Sequence record: NC_047884.1
DNA: 64,000 nucleotides
DNA from: Escherichia phage saus132
Direction: 5' to 3' (one strand)
Shown here in pieces: positions 1 through 9,547 of the stretch (positions within the stretch are counted from its first letter, which is position 1; each line of letters opens with the position of its first letter). The position numbers and the translations under genes were made by a program. Below the pieces are notes generated by a model, which did no database searches, was not told where the DNA came from, and was given only the letters and a program-made list of their open reading frames with translations.

Positions 1-8
1 TTTAATTG

Positions 9-743
9 TTAGGCAACTTTTAATTTATCAATGAATTGTTGCGGAGTGGTACTATATTCCGCGCGTTCTTCCTCGGTCATACCTTCCCAACACATTTTTA
101 AACGTTCGGCTAGGAATTGATAATCGTTATCATCATCAAGCGATTCATCAATAAAGGTTTCACCGATCAATGTTACGCCGATTGATAGGATATCATTAAC
201 GGCTTGAGCGTCCAGCGTTTTAAATCCAGCACTTGCCGCCGCCGATAATACACCTTTATGATCATCAATCATTGTAAAATCAGCGTTAGGATATAGCTGT
301 TTAAACAGTTCAAAGTAATAAGATTTATATACAGCGTCTTTGCTGTGATATATTTCGCTAACCTTATTTGCATCAAAGTATTTATGTAATGTATCGCGGG
401 AAAATACGCGAATATTACTATTTCCGCGCCCTCGCAAGCCTTGTTTACGCAAATAAAAGTAATCGCTTTTAGACATTAAGCGAGCGGTACAAATAATATT
501 TAAAGTATTTGCATCATTCATGCACTGGCGCATATATTCAACCAACGGCAATAAAGAATCCTGCATAATTAAATCATGTTTACAGGCTTCGCGGAAATAC
601 TTATTTAAATCTAAATTCCCGTTATCATCAAAGCAAGGCGCTACACGGTGGAAAGAATTAATGATAGTTCCGTCTAAGTCCCAAATCATAACGCGGGAAA
701 TATGCGGGAAAGTGCGGGTAATATTCATATTGACTTGATTCAT
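9..743 (-). CDS. dmp: 5'-deoxyribonucleotidase, HAD-family phosphatase (T5 Dmp-like)
   Basis: 244-aa ORF; HAD motif I DLDGT near N-terminus; first gene of the pre-early block. Confidence 0.75.
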   Translation of the reverse strand: MNQVNMNITRTFPHISRVMIWDLDGTIINSFHRVAPCFDDNGNLDLNKYFREACKHDLIMQDSLLPLVEYMRQCMNDANTLNIICTARLMSKSDYFYLRKQGLRGRGNSNIRVFSRDTLHKYFDANKVSEIYHSKDAVYKSYYFELFKQLYPNADFTMIDDHKGVLSAAASAGFKTLDAQAVNDILSIGVTLIGETFIDESLDDDNDYQFLAERLKMCWEGMTEEERAEYSTTPQQFIDKLKVA

Positions 744-830
744 TTGTTACATTCTCCATTTAAGGGATTTAGGTTAATTCAATCTTGCCAGCTAATTATA
801 TTAGATTAGCTGGCAATGTTCAATTAACTA

Positions 831-1223
831 TTAATTAGTGAGGCCATACGCTAGCGCGTCACCGATAAAGGAAAGATCTTCACCATGTACGCTAGAACGG
901 ATACCCGCGCAAGTGTAAACCATCGCGCTAGCTTCTGGATTGCAGACCGGACACGGCTTAACAACTGCAAACGCTAGACCGGATTTAAGCGCATCAATAA
1001 TAATTGTTTGCACTGTCAAAGTATCAGCGTAAACTCCTTTTGCTTTTGTATGGCTTGCCACTTTGCCGGTATCATAAGCAAAGGTAGTAACCTGCAAAGC
1101 GTCGTTATAATTCAGCAAATCGAAATTAACTTGCCCCGCCTCGACGTGATAACGTTCGCCATTAGAATAAACTAGAACGATGGAAGAAGTAGCACGATCA
1201 AAAGGAATGTTTTGGTTTTTCAT
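831..1223 (-). CDS. hypothetical pre-early protein
   Basis: 130-aa ORF co-directional with dmp and A1; no recognisable motif. Confidence 0.5.
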   Translation of the reverse strand: MKNQNIPFDRATSSIVLVYSNGERYHVEAGQVNFDLLNYNDALQVTTFAYDTGKVASHTKAKGVYADTLTVQTIIIDALKSGLAFAVVKPCPVCNPEASAMVYTCAGIRSSVHGEDLSFIGDALAYGLTN

Positions 1224-1255
1224 GTTTATGACTCCAGATTATTTAATTACGGGAT

Positions 1256-1534
1256 TTATTGAAAAAATACATTTAAAGATAAATCAGTTTTACGAAAATA
1301 TGTTTCGTCGCCGTCTTTCCTTTCTTGATTAAGGTAATCGCCTGTCATTACCTGAATAGAATCTTTTCCGAAAAAGATCATATTTTCGCCAATATTACTA
1401 TCCCATACGGCATACATTCCCGCGTACATTCCACGGGTAACTAAATAAACGCAACTATCAAAAGACATTTCAGACCATGCAATATCTTCTAAACAATTGC
1501 TATCAGGGATAGATATATTAATTTTACTAGCCAT
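1256..1534 (-). CDS. hypothetical pre-early protein
   Basis: 92-aa ORF, tight spacing in same operon. Confidence 0.45.
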   Translation of the reverse strand: MASKINISIPDSNCLEDIAWSEMSFDSCVYLVTRGMYAGMYAVWDSNIGENMIFFGKDSIQVMTGDYLNQERKDGDETYFRKTDLSLNVFFQ

Positions 1535-1586
1535 TTAATAAACCTTTTATTAATGGCGGTATATTTCAACCGCCGATTAAATTTAA

Positions 1587-3251
1587 TTATGCAAAGAATT
1601 TTCCATTCTTAAAGTCAATCAAAGTACGCTGCCCGTTTGCGTATGTAATTAAATGGGTTTGCGTCCAGCTACTAGCGCCAACGTTGTAACCCATATCGAG
1701 ACTACCAGCAACGCCAGCGGTATAAACGCCGCCATAAATACTAGCCGTGTGAGTGTGGCCAGTATTGAGGCGTCCCAACTTTTTGAACTGTTTTGGATTG
1801 CCCCGACTGCCATTAATGCCGTTGTGACCATGAACACCGCATTCAATTCCTGCAATCTTGAAAGATTGGTCAGTGGTTAGGAAAATGGCGTTAAATTCGC
1901 AACCTGCAACGTTTCTAAGCGCGTAATCCAATACGTTAAAGGTATCATCTTGTTTTGCAATAGCTGCATAAATCGCGGCGTTTAGGCTGTGATACAGTTC
2001 GGCGTTTGCGGGGTCGTCTTTAATGTTAGCGTTGCGATCATCAAGCCAACGGGATAACGCCAAATCATGATTGGATTCCACGATGATTGTTTGAGAAAAA
2101 TCGCGCTCCATTGACTCCAACACGCGACCGGTATCAATGAGATCGTCAATAACTTTGTCACGTCCGGCGGCGTACTGTTTAGCTAGGAATACACCAGAGG
2201 CACGATTATGATGATTGCGGGATGTAAAATCGTGTACGTCATGGATAAACTGATATTTCGGTTTAAGAATATCAAGCAAGCTATTTTCGCCCACCCATGA
2301 TGCAACGGCGCAATCATCATCTAATTTTTCGGCGTGAATATCGCCATATTGCAAGCCTAAAACATGATCAGATGTTTTGAAACATCCGGTGGGCACAGCG
2401 CAAACGTTCAAATCGTAGAACATCCCGCTTTCGTCCATAGTTTCAAGCTGGCGAACAAAAAATTCTCCGTCGTCGTCAAATTCTACCAGTAAAGCACCGA
2501 AATTATGCAGCGCCTCGGCCTTTTGTCCTGCCTTTTGCTGAATATAGTTTTTAAGTGTAGCCGTTCCGGTGGAGTACATACGGCGCACTACTTCACCTTT
2601 TAACGCTGGCACACTTTCAGCGGTAATTTTTGCGTGACCAATTGCCAGACCTTCGATGTTTAAAGCCGTTGCAGTTTCTGCGAATCCAGAAAGCGGATAA
2701 TCTGCCGTTGGTAATACATTAATTTCAGCCATGAAAGCAAAACGGCGATTATTCAAAAACACGTTTTTCTCACAAATATATTTATCAAATGCGGGATCAT
2801 ATTTGATTTTTTCGCCGCCTTCCCCGTTCTGAAATCCGTTTTTGTTGTAAATGAATTTGCTAACAAGTAATTCAGCGCCGTAATAACTAGCGTACTGCTC
2901 AAGCGCTTTCAAAAAGTTTTTATGCGGGAAAGTATTGTTTTGAATCGACGTTAGAATAAAACGGCGACCGGATTTAACTTCCCACTGTTCAACGGTGCTA
3001 GAAACAATCCCCGCCGCTTCTGGGCGATCATCGTTTTTAATGGCTTTTACTGCCTTCGCTGCCTTCGGTTTCGCTGGCTTATTTGCTTCCAACCAGTCAC
3101 AAATTGCCGTTGAATGTTTCGGCGTATCATAAACAGCTTTTGAAATATCGTCGCAAACTTCCAATTTAGTAGCGCGTAAACGCTTACCGTAGAAGTTAAA
3201 ATCTGCGGCCATTTTCAAAATTTGAGCTTGTTTTTCTGCGGAAATATTCAT
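1587..3251 (-). CDS. A1: A1-like pre-early protein with metallophosphatase-type motifs (putative nuclease/phosphoesterase)
   Basis: 554-aa ORF; GDIHAE, VHGHNG and GHTHTAS motifs resemble calcineurin-like phosphoesterase signatures; size and position fit T5 A1. Confidence 0.7.
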   Translation of the reverse strand: MNISAEKQAQILKMAADFNFYGKRLRATKLEVCDDISKAVYDTPKHSTAICDWLEANKPAKPKAAKAVKAIKNDDRPEAAGIVSSTVEQWEVKSGRRFILTSIQNNTFPHKNFLKALEQYASYYGAELLVSKFIYNKNGFQNGEGGEKIKYDPAFDKYICEKNVFLNNRRFAFMAEINVLPTADYPLSGFAETATALNIEGLAIGHAKITAESVPALKGEVVRRMYSTGTATLKNYIQQKAGQKAEALHNFGALLVEFDDDGEFFVRQLETMDESGMFYDLNVCAVPTGCFKTSDHVLGLQYGDIHAEKLDDDCAVASWVGENSLLDILKPKYQFIHDVHDFTSRNHHNRASGVFLAKQYAAGRDKVIDDLIDTGRVLESMERDFSQTIIVESNHDLALSRWLDDRNANIKDDPANAELYHSLNAAIYAAIAKQDDTFNVLDYALRNVAGCEFNAIFLTTDQSFKIAGIECGVHGHNGINGSRGNPKQFKKLGRLNTGHTHTASIYGGVYTAGVAGSLDMGYNVGASSWTQTHLITYANGQRTLIDFKNGKFFA

Positions 3252-3359
3252 AACTAAATCAACTCCTATAAAGGGATAAATATTAATACTGGCAATATTG
3301 CCAAATATAACGCCTTACCTGAAGTGAGGACAATTTAAAAGGCGTTATAATTTGCAATA

Positions 3360-3605
3360 TTATTCTAGAATTGGCATAAGACTAGAACTAAAACCGCAAC
3401 TAATAGCCAGCGTTAAAAATATAATCGCCAGATATTTTTGTTTATTAGCTTGACGTTTAAACATATCAGCGGCATAAGCTGAATTAATGCCGATAATAGA
3501 AATTATATATTTGCCGTAATTAAATATAAATATAGCGGCAACTATAAATAAACCTAAAATAAACGCTTCACTAGGGAAGAAGATCATTTTAATAACTCCG
3601 GTCAA
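3360..3605 (-). CDS. small membrane protein
   Basis: 81 aa with two hydrophobic segments. Confidence 0.45.
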   Translation of the reverse strand: MTGVIKMIFFPSEAFILGLFIVAAIFIFNYGKYIISIIGINSAYAADMFKRQANKQKYLAIIFLTLAISCGFSSSLMPILE

Positions 3606-3645
3606 AGGGAAATTATAGCGGGGAATAATCCCCGCTAATTAAAAT

Positions 3646-4062
3646 TTATTCACCTGCGGCCTGTTTTACTTCCTCCGCTACGCCTAACAATTGCGCTACG
3701 GCTTCCAGCGTTTCCAGTTTTGCACTTTCCAGACTTGCCAGATCATCAGCGTCTTTGATAACGCCAGCATCAATGGCATGTTTAGCCATAACGCGCACAT
3801 AGTGAGCTTTACGGACACTAGACCCGCCGCCAACTTTACGCGGTTTATCACTTTTCTGGTACGCTTTTGCGCTTGTCAGTTTAGAACGTACAGAAACAGG
3901 GCTTGCAGCGCCAACGGCGGCGGCAATTTCTTTCAGGCCGTCACTGTTAGCAAATTCAATTCCGCTTTTAGCGACCATTTCAGAATACATAGAAACAGCC
4001 TTTTCGGTGTTTTCTTCGTTCCAAGAGAATTTTGCGGTTTTTTCGGTTTTAACGTTAGACAT
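3646..4062 (-). CDS. A2: A2-like pre-early protein (putative DNA-binding)
   Basis: 138-aa ORF immediately upstream of A1 in transcription order, as in T5; Ala-rich. Confidence 0.5.
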   Translation of the reverse strand: MSNVKTEKTAKFSWNEENTEKAVSMYSEMVAKSGIEFANSDGLKEIAAAVGAASPVSVRSKLTSAKAYQKSDKPRKVGGGSSVRKAHYVRVMAKHAIDAGVIKDADDLASLESAKLETLEAVAQLLGVAEEVKQAAGE

Positions 4063-4348
4063 AATTTAATACTCCATTCAATTATTAATTAAGGGATTAT
4101 GATTAACTAAATGTTAATCGCTATATATTCTATTAGCTAGAATATATAACGGAAACATTTTATTTTTATTTCCAGTTTCAAGCGGTTTATTAATTCCCGA
4201 ATATATTTATATTCTCACCTTATCCGGCTTGCCAGAGAATTAATAAGGCAACATTGTATTTATACGCTGTTTATTATTCCGTTCACGCTAGGAATATTTC
4301 GAGTTATCTTTATTGCCTAACTAAGCATGATATGTAAGGCGCATTAAT

Positions 4349-4600
4349 TTATGCGATAGCTTGCCATTTATCATCTTTCTGAATGATTTTTACAACGTCG
4401 CCAGATTTAACACGGACGTTATAAATAGGCTTGCCGTGGTTACTGCGTTCCGTTTCCGCATAGACCGCTTCAATCTTATCAAAGGGATCAAGCGCCGCAC
4501 CTTTAATACGTTCGGCTTTTCCGGTTAATTCATCCGTTTTAGTTACAAAAGGAATGAATACAGATTGACCTACTTTCGGCGCGGTAATAACGTTTTGCAT
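4349..4600 (-). CDS. hypothetical protein
   Basis: 83-aa ORF in pre-early block. Confidence 0.45.
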   Translation of the reverse strand: MQNVITAPKVGQSVFIPFVTKTDELTGKAERIKGAALDPFDKIEAVYAETERSNHGKPIYNVRVKSGDVVKIIQKDDKWQAIA

Positions 4601-4764
4601 TTTTAATACTCCGGTTTATTGGGGATTATTCCACAATAGCGCCTCGATACTTTGAAACGCTATTAGATTATAATCCGCTAGGAGTTAGCCTAAACATTAC
4701 CGTTATCCAAATTGTTAAAGAGCAGTTACTACGGGGAACATCTTAAAACCTATCGGCTAGCGTG

Positions 4765-4974
4765 TCAAGCGTTTTTTAAACTTTTTTCGATTTGATGTGA
4801 GTTATATAAATCAATCATTATATTACGCCACACCATTTCCAGACCTTGCTGCTTACCTTTCTTGTATTGCTTGAATCTGTATTTTACAGATCTTTGCGCT
4901 ACTGTCAACAAATTTTTTGTTCTGCTATCAAGTGACTTGATAGGCTTGCCAGTGATCAAAAGCGTTTGTTTCAT
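4765..4974 (-). CDS. hypothetical basic protein
   Basis: 69-aa ORF. Confidence 0.4.
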   Translation of the reverse strand: MKQTLLITGKPIKSLDSRTKNLLTVAQRSVKYRFKQYKKGKQQGLEMVWRNIMIDLYNSHQIEKSLKNA

Positions 4975-5129
4975 TTGAGATCCTCCAAAGCATATAAACC
5001 ATCCCCATCATTGCAGATTATTACCGCTTCCGAATGATTAGCATAGTATTCATTTGCAGTCTTTACCCATTGTTCGATTTTTTCGATAGTGTCGTGGGTA
5101 GCTGGATGATCGTTAAATATTATTGTCAT
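4971..5129 (-). CDS. hypothetical small protein (52 aa)
   Basis: ATG ORF whose TGA overlaps the ATG of the downstream gene (ATGA); below the track size cutoff. Confidence 0.3.
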   Translation of the reverse strand: MTIIFNDHPATHDTIEKIEQWVKTANEYYANHSEAVIICNDGDGLYALEDLK

Positions 5130-5504
5130 ATCGTCGATTCCTTATAATGTATAAGTTTACCGCCGATAGGCTTTAAGATGTTCCCTAGTTTTTAAAGAGC
5201 ATGGCGGTAAACTTCCCCGCCGTGTAGTTCGTCATTGCCGCCCTACGTGATAAATATTAGGGGAATACCGAAAAGGGCGCAACCATATTTTTGTAAAGAA
5301 ACGTAAAGACAAACGCCACCGCACCACGTCCAGCGGCGCACTAAATTTAATGAAACGGGCGCGCGAATAACACCAAAACAACCATTTTAGCAAGTAATTT
5401 TTTCATTTATATCTGCTCTAGGGTACTTGACAAAATCTAAAATCCTCGTGGTGAGGTTTTCTCGGTGTGCCCCTTATGGTTGCCTATCTTTTCCTTTGAG
5501 GCGC

Positions 5505-5531
5505 TTAGAATGCGTTACAGAGCGTTTTAGA
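5505..5531. repeat. 27-bp perfect direct repeat, copy 1 (TTAGAATGCGTTACAGAGCGTTTTAGA)
   Basis: identical 27-mer recurs at 8081-8107 in the same orientation. Confidence 0.8.
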
Positions 5532-5854
5532 CCCTGTTAATAACTTATACAAAAAGCAAAAATGAAATTTAATGAGTTATCCACTTGATTTTTCAAAAAA
5601 GTATTTTCTGCTATTATTTTTCATTGACAAATAAGTTTAGACGTGCATTGATTGGTTAGCAGACTAACAATCGCTAGGATGATAATCACGCTGGTGGATT
5701 GTAACAGCTGAAACAGTTAGCAGACTATTAATACTCTAAAAACCTATTAGCCAACTAACTATTTCATATTATATAATATACTTATAAATTAAAGAGAAAT
5801 AATAACTATAAGAAACTATCGGCTAAGTGAGAACCACTATCATTTAGGTTATTC

Positions 5855-5960
5855 ACAAAGTTATCCACAGCACAAAATAACTTGACGCAATAGGCGACGT
5901 TTTGGCGACTTATCCACAGACTTATATACAGGTTATCCTACTGTATAAATATACAGGGTA
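5855..5960. promoter_or_regulatory. left arm of ~105-bp inverted repeat carrying two DnaA boxes and a LexA-type box
   Basis: TTATCCACA at 5861-5869 and 5910-5918; TACTGTATAAATATACAGGG at 5939-5958 (CTGT-N8-ACAG); reverse complement of 8135-8250 is about 75-90 percent identical. Confidence 0.6.
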
Positions 5961-6095
5961 GAATGGTAGCAGTAACAACCGCAATCAAATTTAAGCGGCC
6001 TAGAACACGCTATACGGCGTTTTCTCACTGCTACCCTTATTATAATAAAGCCTTGTGTACGCTTACAGAGAACTAGAAATAGAAAACGCGCGGCA

Positions 6096-6209
6096 ATGGA
6101 AGCGGCAATGTTGGAAATGGTACAAAGTTTCAATATTGCTGAAATGATCGATGAAATGGTAAAAGGTATTGACATTTCAACCTTTACCCAAAATGCTGAA
6201 AGCGAGTAA
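6096..6209 (+). CDS. hypothetical small protein (37 aa)
   Basis: ATG ORF followed by hairpin plus T-run; below the track size cutoff. Confidence 0.3.
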   Translation: MEAAMLEMVQSFNIAEMIDEMVKGIDISTFTQNAESE

Positions 6210-6237
6210 TAATTAGTCTAATGTAAAGTTTTGTAAA

Positions 6238-6263
6238 GGTCGCCCTAATCGGCGGCCTTTTTT
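6238..6263 (+). terminator. putative intrinsic terminator
   Basis: GGTCGCC-CTAATC-GGCGGCC hairpin followed by TTTTTT. Confidence 0.5.
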
Positions 6264-6271
6264 GTTATAAT
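6263..6271 (+). promoter_or_regulatory. extended -10 promoter element (TGTTATAAT)
   Basis: TGnTATAAT about 58 nt upstream of the 6329 ATG; -35 weak. Confidence 0.35.
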
Positions 6272-6328
6272 GCCTTTACACCGAAACGGTGGATTGAAAA
6301 TTTTCCCCTGATTTCTAGGAGGCGTTAA

Positions 6329-6556
6329 ATGGTACATTCATCATCTTCTGCAATTTTTAACGGTATGGAATGGGTATCCGTTCCCGCTATTGTCAGCGTT
6401 ATGGTTTCTGAGTTCGGCATAGGTAAAACTTATGTTACCATTCAGGGGCTTTACGACAATGACAAGATTGACCAGCAAACCGCCGGATTTTTGCTGGATG
6501 AATTGAAAGCTAACCATTGCACTAAAAAGCAAGCGGCAAAAATTGTTTTAATGTAA
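6329..6556 (+). CDS. hypothetical protein
   Basis: 75-aa ORF; AGGAGG RBS upstream of ATG; first gene of an opposite-strand cassette. Confidence 0.55.
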   Translation: MVHSSSSAIFNGMEWVSVPAIVSVMVSEFGIGKTYVTIQGLYDNDKIDQQTAGFLLDELKANHCTKKQAAKIVLM

Positions 6557-6602
6557 TTATTAAAGGGGATATATTATCCCCTAATTTCTAGGAGCTAATA
6601 AA

Positions 6603-6752
6603 ATGGTTATTTTTCGATCTATTCTGGCTAGTATCTTGGGCGCTATTTTATCGTTGTTTGCAATAGCTTTCGGTGTTCATGCCGTTATTATCGGAGCAGG
6701 TATCGCGGGGTTTTCTTACTTGTTAGGCTGTATGACTGGTAAAGGGGAATAA
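6603..6752 (+). CDS. small membrane protein (49 aa)
   Basis: AGGAG RBS; hydrophobic; stop 2 nt before next ATG. Confidence 0.4.
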   Translation: MVIFRSILASILGAILSLFAIAFGVHAVIIGAGIAGFSYLLGCMTGKGE

Positions 6753-6754
6753 AA

Positions 6755-6967
6755 ATGTTAAAGAATGTTTCCCTTGCCCGTTCCAAAGGTTTTAAGCTGG
6801 TGGATGTTAACACGTTCGAGCGTCCAGATTGTAAAATTGAATATGTAGCACGCAACAAAAACGCTTTCCGTGTCACTGAAAAGAAATTTGACAAGCGCGG
6901 CAATTTGGTAGCCGAAACGGTTAAACACTTTGCCACTTTTTACGCTGCATTTCGTGGGGTATTATGA
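6755..6967 (+). CDS. hypothetical protein
   Basis: 70-aa ORF in plus-strand cassette. Confidence 0.5.
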   Translation: MLKNVSLARSKGFKLVDVNTFERPDCKIEYVARNKNAFRVTEKKFDKRGNLVAETVKHFATFYAAFRGVL

Positions 6968-7104
6968 AAACTTTATTTTCTATTTTGCTCGGTGCTGCTG
7001 GTGGCTTTATTGCTACCTGCTTTAAAAGTGATCCTGCACTGTTAGGCGTTTATTCGATTTGTTTTGGCTATTTGCTAGGGAGGCTGGCAGATGGTTATTT
7101 ATGA
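6964..7104 (+). CDS. small membrane protein (46 aa)
   Basis: ATGA overlap with upstream stop; hydrophobic. Confidence 0.35.
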   Translation: MKTLFSILLGAAGGFIATCFKSDPALLGVYSICFGYLLGRLADGYL

Positions 7105-7435
7105 GGGCAATCGCTTTGTTACTAATTGCCGTCCGGCATTATTAGCAAACTATTTAAACCAGCTTTCACCAGTTTATAAAGGCGTAATTAATATCTATGA
7201 GGGCAAAGCACATTATAAGATTAATGCCATTGTTGCCCGTGAACTAGCGTTTCAATTTTTAACTTTTGGATCTTGTGACGTTCAGGTTATGGGGGAAGCG
7301 TTAATAGCAGAAAATGAAAATGAATTTATCGACATTTTCCGCAAAGTATGTACAGAGCGCCTGATTATGAAAGGCGCGTATATTCAATCAACCGCTGAAA
7401 GTATAGAAACAGCGTTTCGAAAGGTGGCGCAATGA
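7091..7435 (+). CDS. hypothetical protein
   Basis: 114-aa ORF. Confidence 0.5.
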   Translation: MVIYEGNRFVTNCRPALLANYLNQLSPVYKGVINIYEGKAHYKINAIVARELAFQFLTFGSCDVQVMGEALIAENENEFIDIFRKVCTERLIMKGAYIQSTAESIETAFRKVAQ

Positions 7436-7629
7436 CTAAAGATGAAGCACTAGAAAAAATGAAACAAGGTTTCAAAGTTCGTCAAGAATACTTCACTAGT
7501 GAGGAATTTTTGTACATGAAAAATGGCGTGATCATGTCAGAAGATGGATATACTTTTAATGACTGGTTTTTCAAGATTACCCCTGCTACACGTTGGAAGC
7601 TAGACGGTTGGAGCGTCTACCGTGAATAG
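7432..7629 (+). CDS. hypothetical protein
   Basis: 65-aa ORF, ATGA overlap with upstream gene. Confidence 0.5.
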   Translation: MTKDEALEKMKQGFKVRQEYFTSEEFLYMKNGVIMSEDGYTFNDWFFKITPATRWKLDGWSVYRE

Positions 7630-7752
7630 CTGGTGGCGAAAAACACAAAGCCATAAATCTAATAATACCGCTGGGAAACATTCCCAGCGTTTACGATTTA
7701 GTAGCGGGCTTGTAATGGTAATAATAATCATTCTCATTCTAGGAGCGATGGC

Positions 7753-7992
7753 ATGGCTGTAAGAATTTTACGATATGTGGAACGTAAAGAAACCGATATT
7801 ATGCAACATCATTTAACTGATGCGCAATACGCGCAATTTTTAGAAATGCAGAAAAGCGGAGCTGATACGGCAACGCTAGGAGCGTGGATCAACTCAGTTT
7901 CAACGTGTACGCATTTTGATTCATACGGGTATACGCCAGCCGAAACCGTCCAGATCTTTGATGACTACGAGAAAGAATACATAGCAGACTAA
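7753..7992 (+). CDS. hypothetical protein
   Basis: 79-aa ORF; GGAG RBS. Confidence 0.5.
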   Translation: MAVRILRYVERKETDIMQHHLTDAQYAQFLEMQKSGADTATLGAWINSVSTCTHFDSYGYTPAETVQIFDDYEKEYIAD

Positions 7993-8080
7993 TAATAACG
8001 GGGCGCAACTATCGGCCCCGCTTTTTCTGGCCTTCCTCAAATTTCCCCTTATTAAAATACCTCCTCCAAAAATAAACGCG

Positions 8081-8107
8081 TTAGAATGCGTTACAGAGCG
8101 TTTTAGA
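8081..8107. repeat. 27-bp perfect direct repeat, copy 2
   Basis: identical to 5505-5531. Confidence 0.8.
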
Positions 8108-8134
8108 GCTATATTAGAGTTATTCACTACGCAG

Positions 8135-8250
8135 GAATACTGTATAAATATACAGTAGAATAACCTGTTGATAAGTCTGTGGATAACGCCTCAAAATCGC
8201 TAGGATTTTGTCAAGTCAAATCGTGCTGTTAATAAACCGGTGGATAACTT
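8135..8250. promoter_or_regulatory. right arm of inverted repeat with LexA-type box and DnaA boxes (inverted)
   Basis: TACTGTATAAATATACAGTA at 8137-8156; TGTGGATAA at 8178-8186; GTGGATAA at 8240-8247. Confidence 0.6.
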
Positions 8251-8279
8251 AAATAACAGTGTTTCTCACTTCGCTTTGT

Positions 8280-8424
8280 AAATGCGAGTCACTCTCATTA
8301 TCATTCGCGTTTCCCTTCCTAAATGCAAATCATTCTCATTCGTATTCCGGTAGTCAAATGATAACTATTCTCATTCGCATTCAACTTCTCAAATGCGAAT
8401 CAATCTCATTATCATTTGCATTTC
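8280..8424. repeat. four tandem ~35-bp imperfectly palindromic direct repeats (AAATGCGA..TCTCATT..TCATTCGC-like)
   Basis: units beginning near 8280, 8321, 8356 and 8391. Confidence 0.7.
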
Positions 8425-8459
8425 GGCAGGCAGGGCATTTTCTATTTGCCCTGCGCTTT

Positions 8460-9061
8460 TGTGCAAATCCGACATTTGCCCCCACGGATTACGTGCCAGC
8501 GTGCATGTGCGAATCCGACAATTTTTGGTAGTGTGCAAATCCGATGGCAAATATTTTTTATATGTGCGAATCCGACAATGAATTTTCCTAAAAACTCCAG
8601 CAATCCGCAACTGCGATGCAATCCAGCTGGGTTTACTAGAGTATGTGCAAATTCGACAAGTGTTAAGGTGTGCGAATCCGACAAGATTTTTGTGACTTCG
8701 ATGAGAGGGTGTGTGATTGTGTGGGTTTGGGGAGAAGTGCGAATCCGATGAGATTTTGGGAGGAACTACGGAAGGAGCAGCGGTGATGGTGCTTTAGCAC
8801 CGGTTTGCTGCATTTTTGGGGATAATGCGGGATGTTTTGGATAGAATTGAGATTATGGGAGATAAAGCGAAATTTTATTAGCAAAATGGGGCAAAATAGC
8901 TTGACAGGTGAAAATTCCTGTGGCTCTAAAAACTCAGGCAAATATGGGCCTTCGGCCCGAAATAATGCTGCTATTTTCAGTGTTCCTAAAAACTTTGGAG
9001 ACTCCTATCAATGTGCAAATCCGACCATAAATTTCTAGAAACATAATGTGCAAATCCGACA
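8460..9061. repeat. array of nine same-orientation 15-bp repeats, consensus TGTGCRAATCCGAY
   Basis: copies at about 8460, 8506, 8532, 8563, 8644, 8669, 8737, 9012 and 9047; irregular spacing; no credible ORF. Confidence 0.75.
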
Positions 9062-9547
9062 GTAATTTCCAGACTGACAAGAGTCAATTATTTTTCCTAG
9101 AAATAACCGCCTCCCTATAACCGCCCTGTATAGGAAACCGCCCTAGGATATGTAACGTTGGAGAGAAACTGCCTTAGAATGCGTGAGTTTTCCTAGAAAC
9201 TTAGGAGTCTACTAGAAAGTGGTGTGCCATCCTAGCAGATGAGCGGCAACCGGTGTATCATCTTGAACACAAATATTGCCTTTAAATATTATAAGGTAAA
9301 TAAAAGTTAATATACCCCCATTTCATGAGAGTTAGTCCCTCTAGGCGCGTGCGATTTGATACATCCTCCTGAGTCTCGGGGAGGAAGAACAATTGACGAG
9401 AACCTGCAAGCAGAACCGTCATCAAGTATTTTCCTACGAGGAATGATGTAAATCTACGGCCTAGAGGTAAAAACAAGTTGATGTTTTTAATCTATGAGAT
9501 TATTATAACATGCAGCTCAAATAATGTCAAGAAGATTTTGCTAACGT

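Noticed and set aside
8259-9038. Track ORFs inside the repeat arrays (for example 8259-8531, 8416-8751, 8663-8941)
   Set aside because: They overlap one another on both strands, are produced by the direct repeats and lack RBS context; the region is better explained as non-coding repeat DNA.
8460-9061. CRISPR array interpretation of the 15-mer repeats
   Set aside because: Repeats are only about 15 bp, spacing is irregular, there are no cas genes and the setting is a lytic phage genome.
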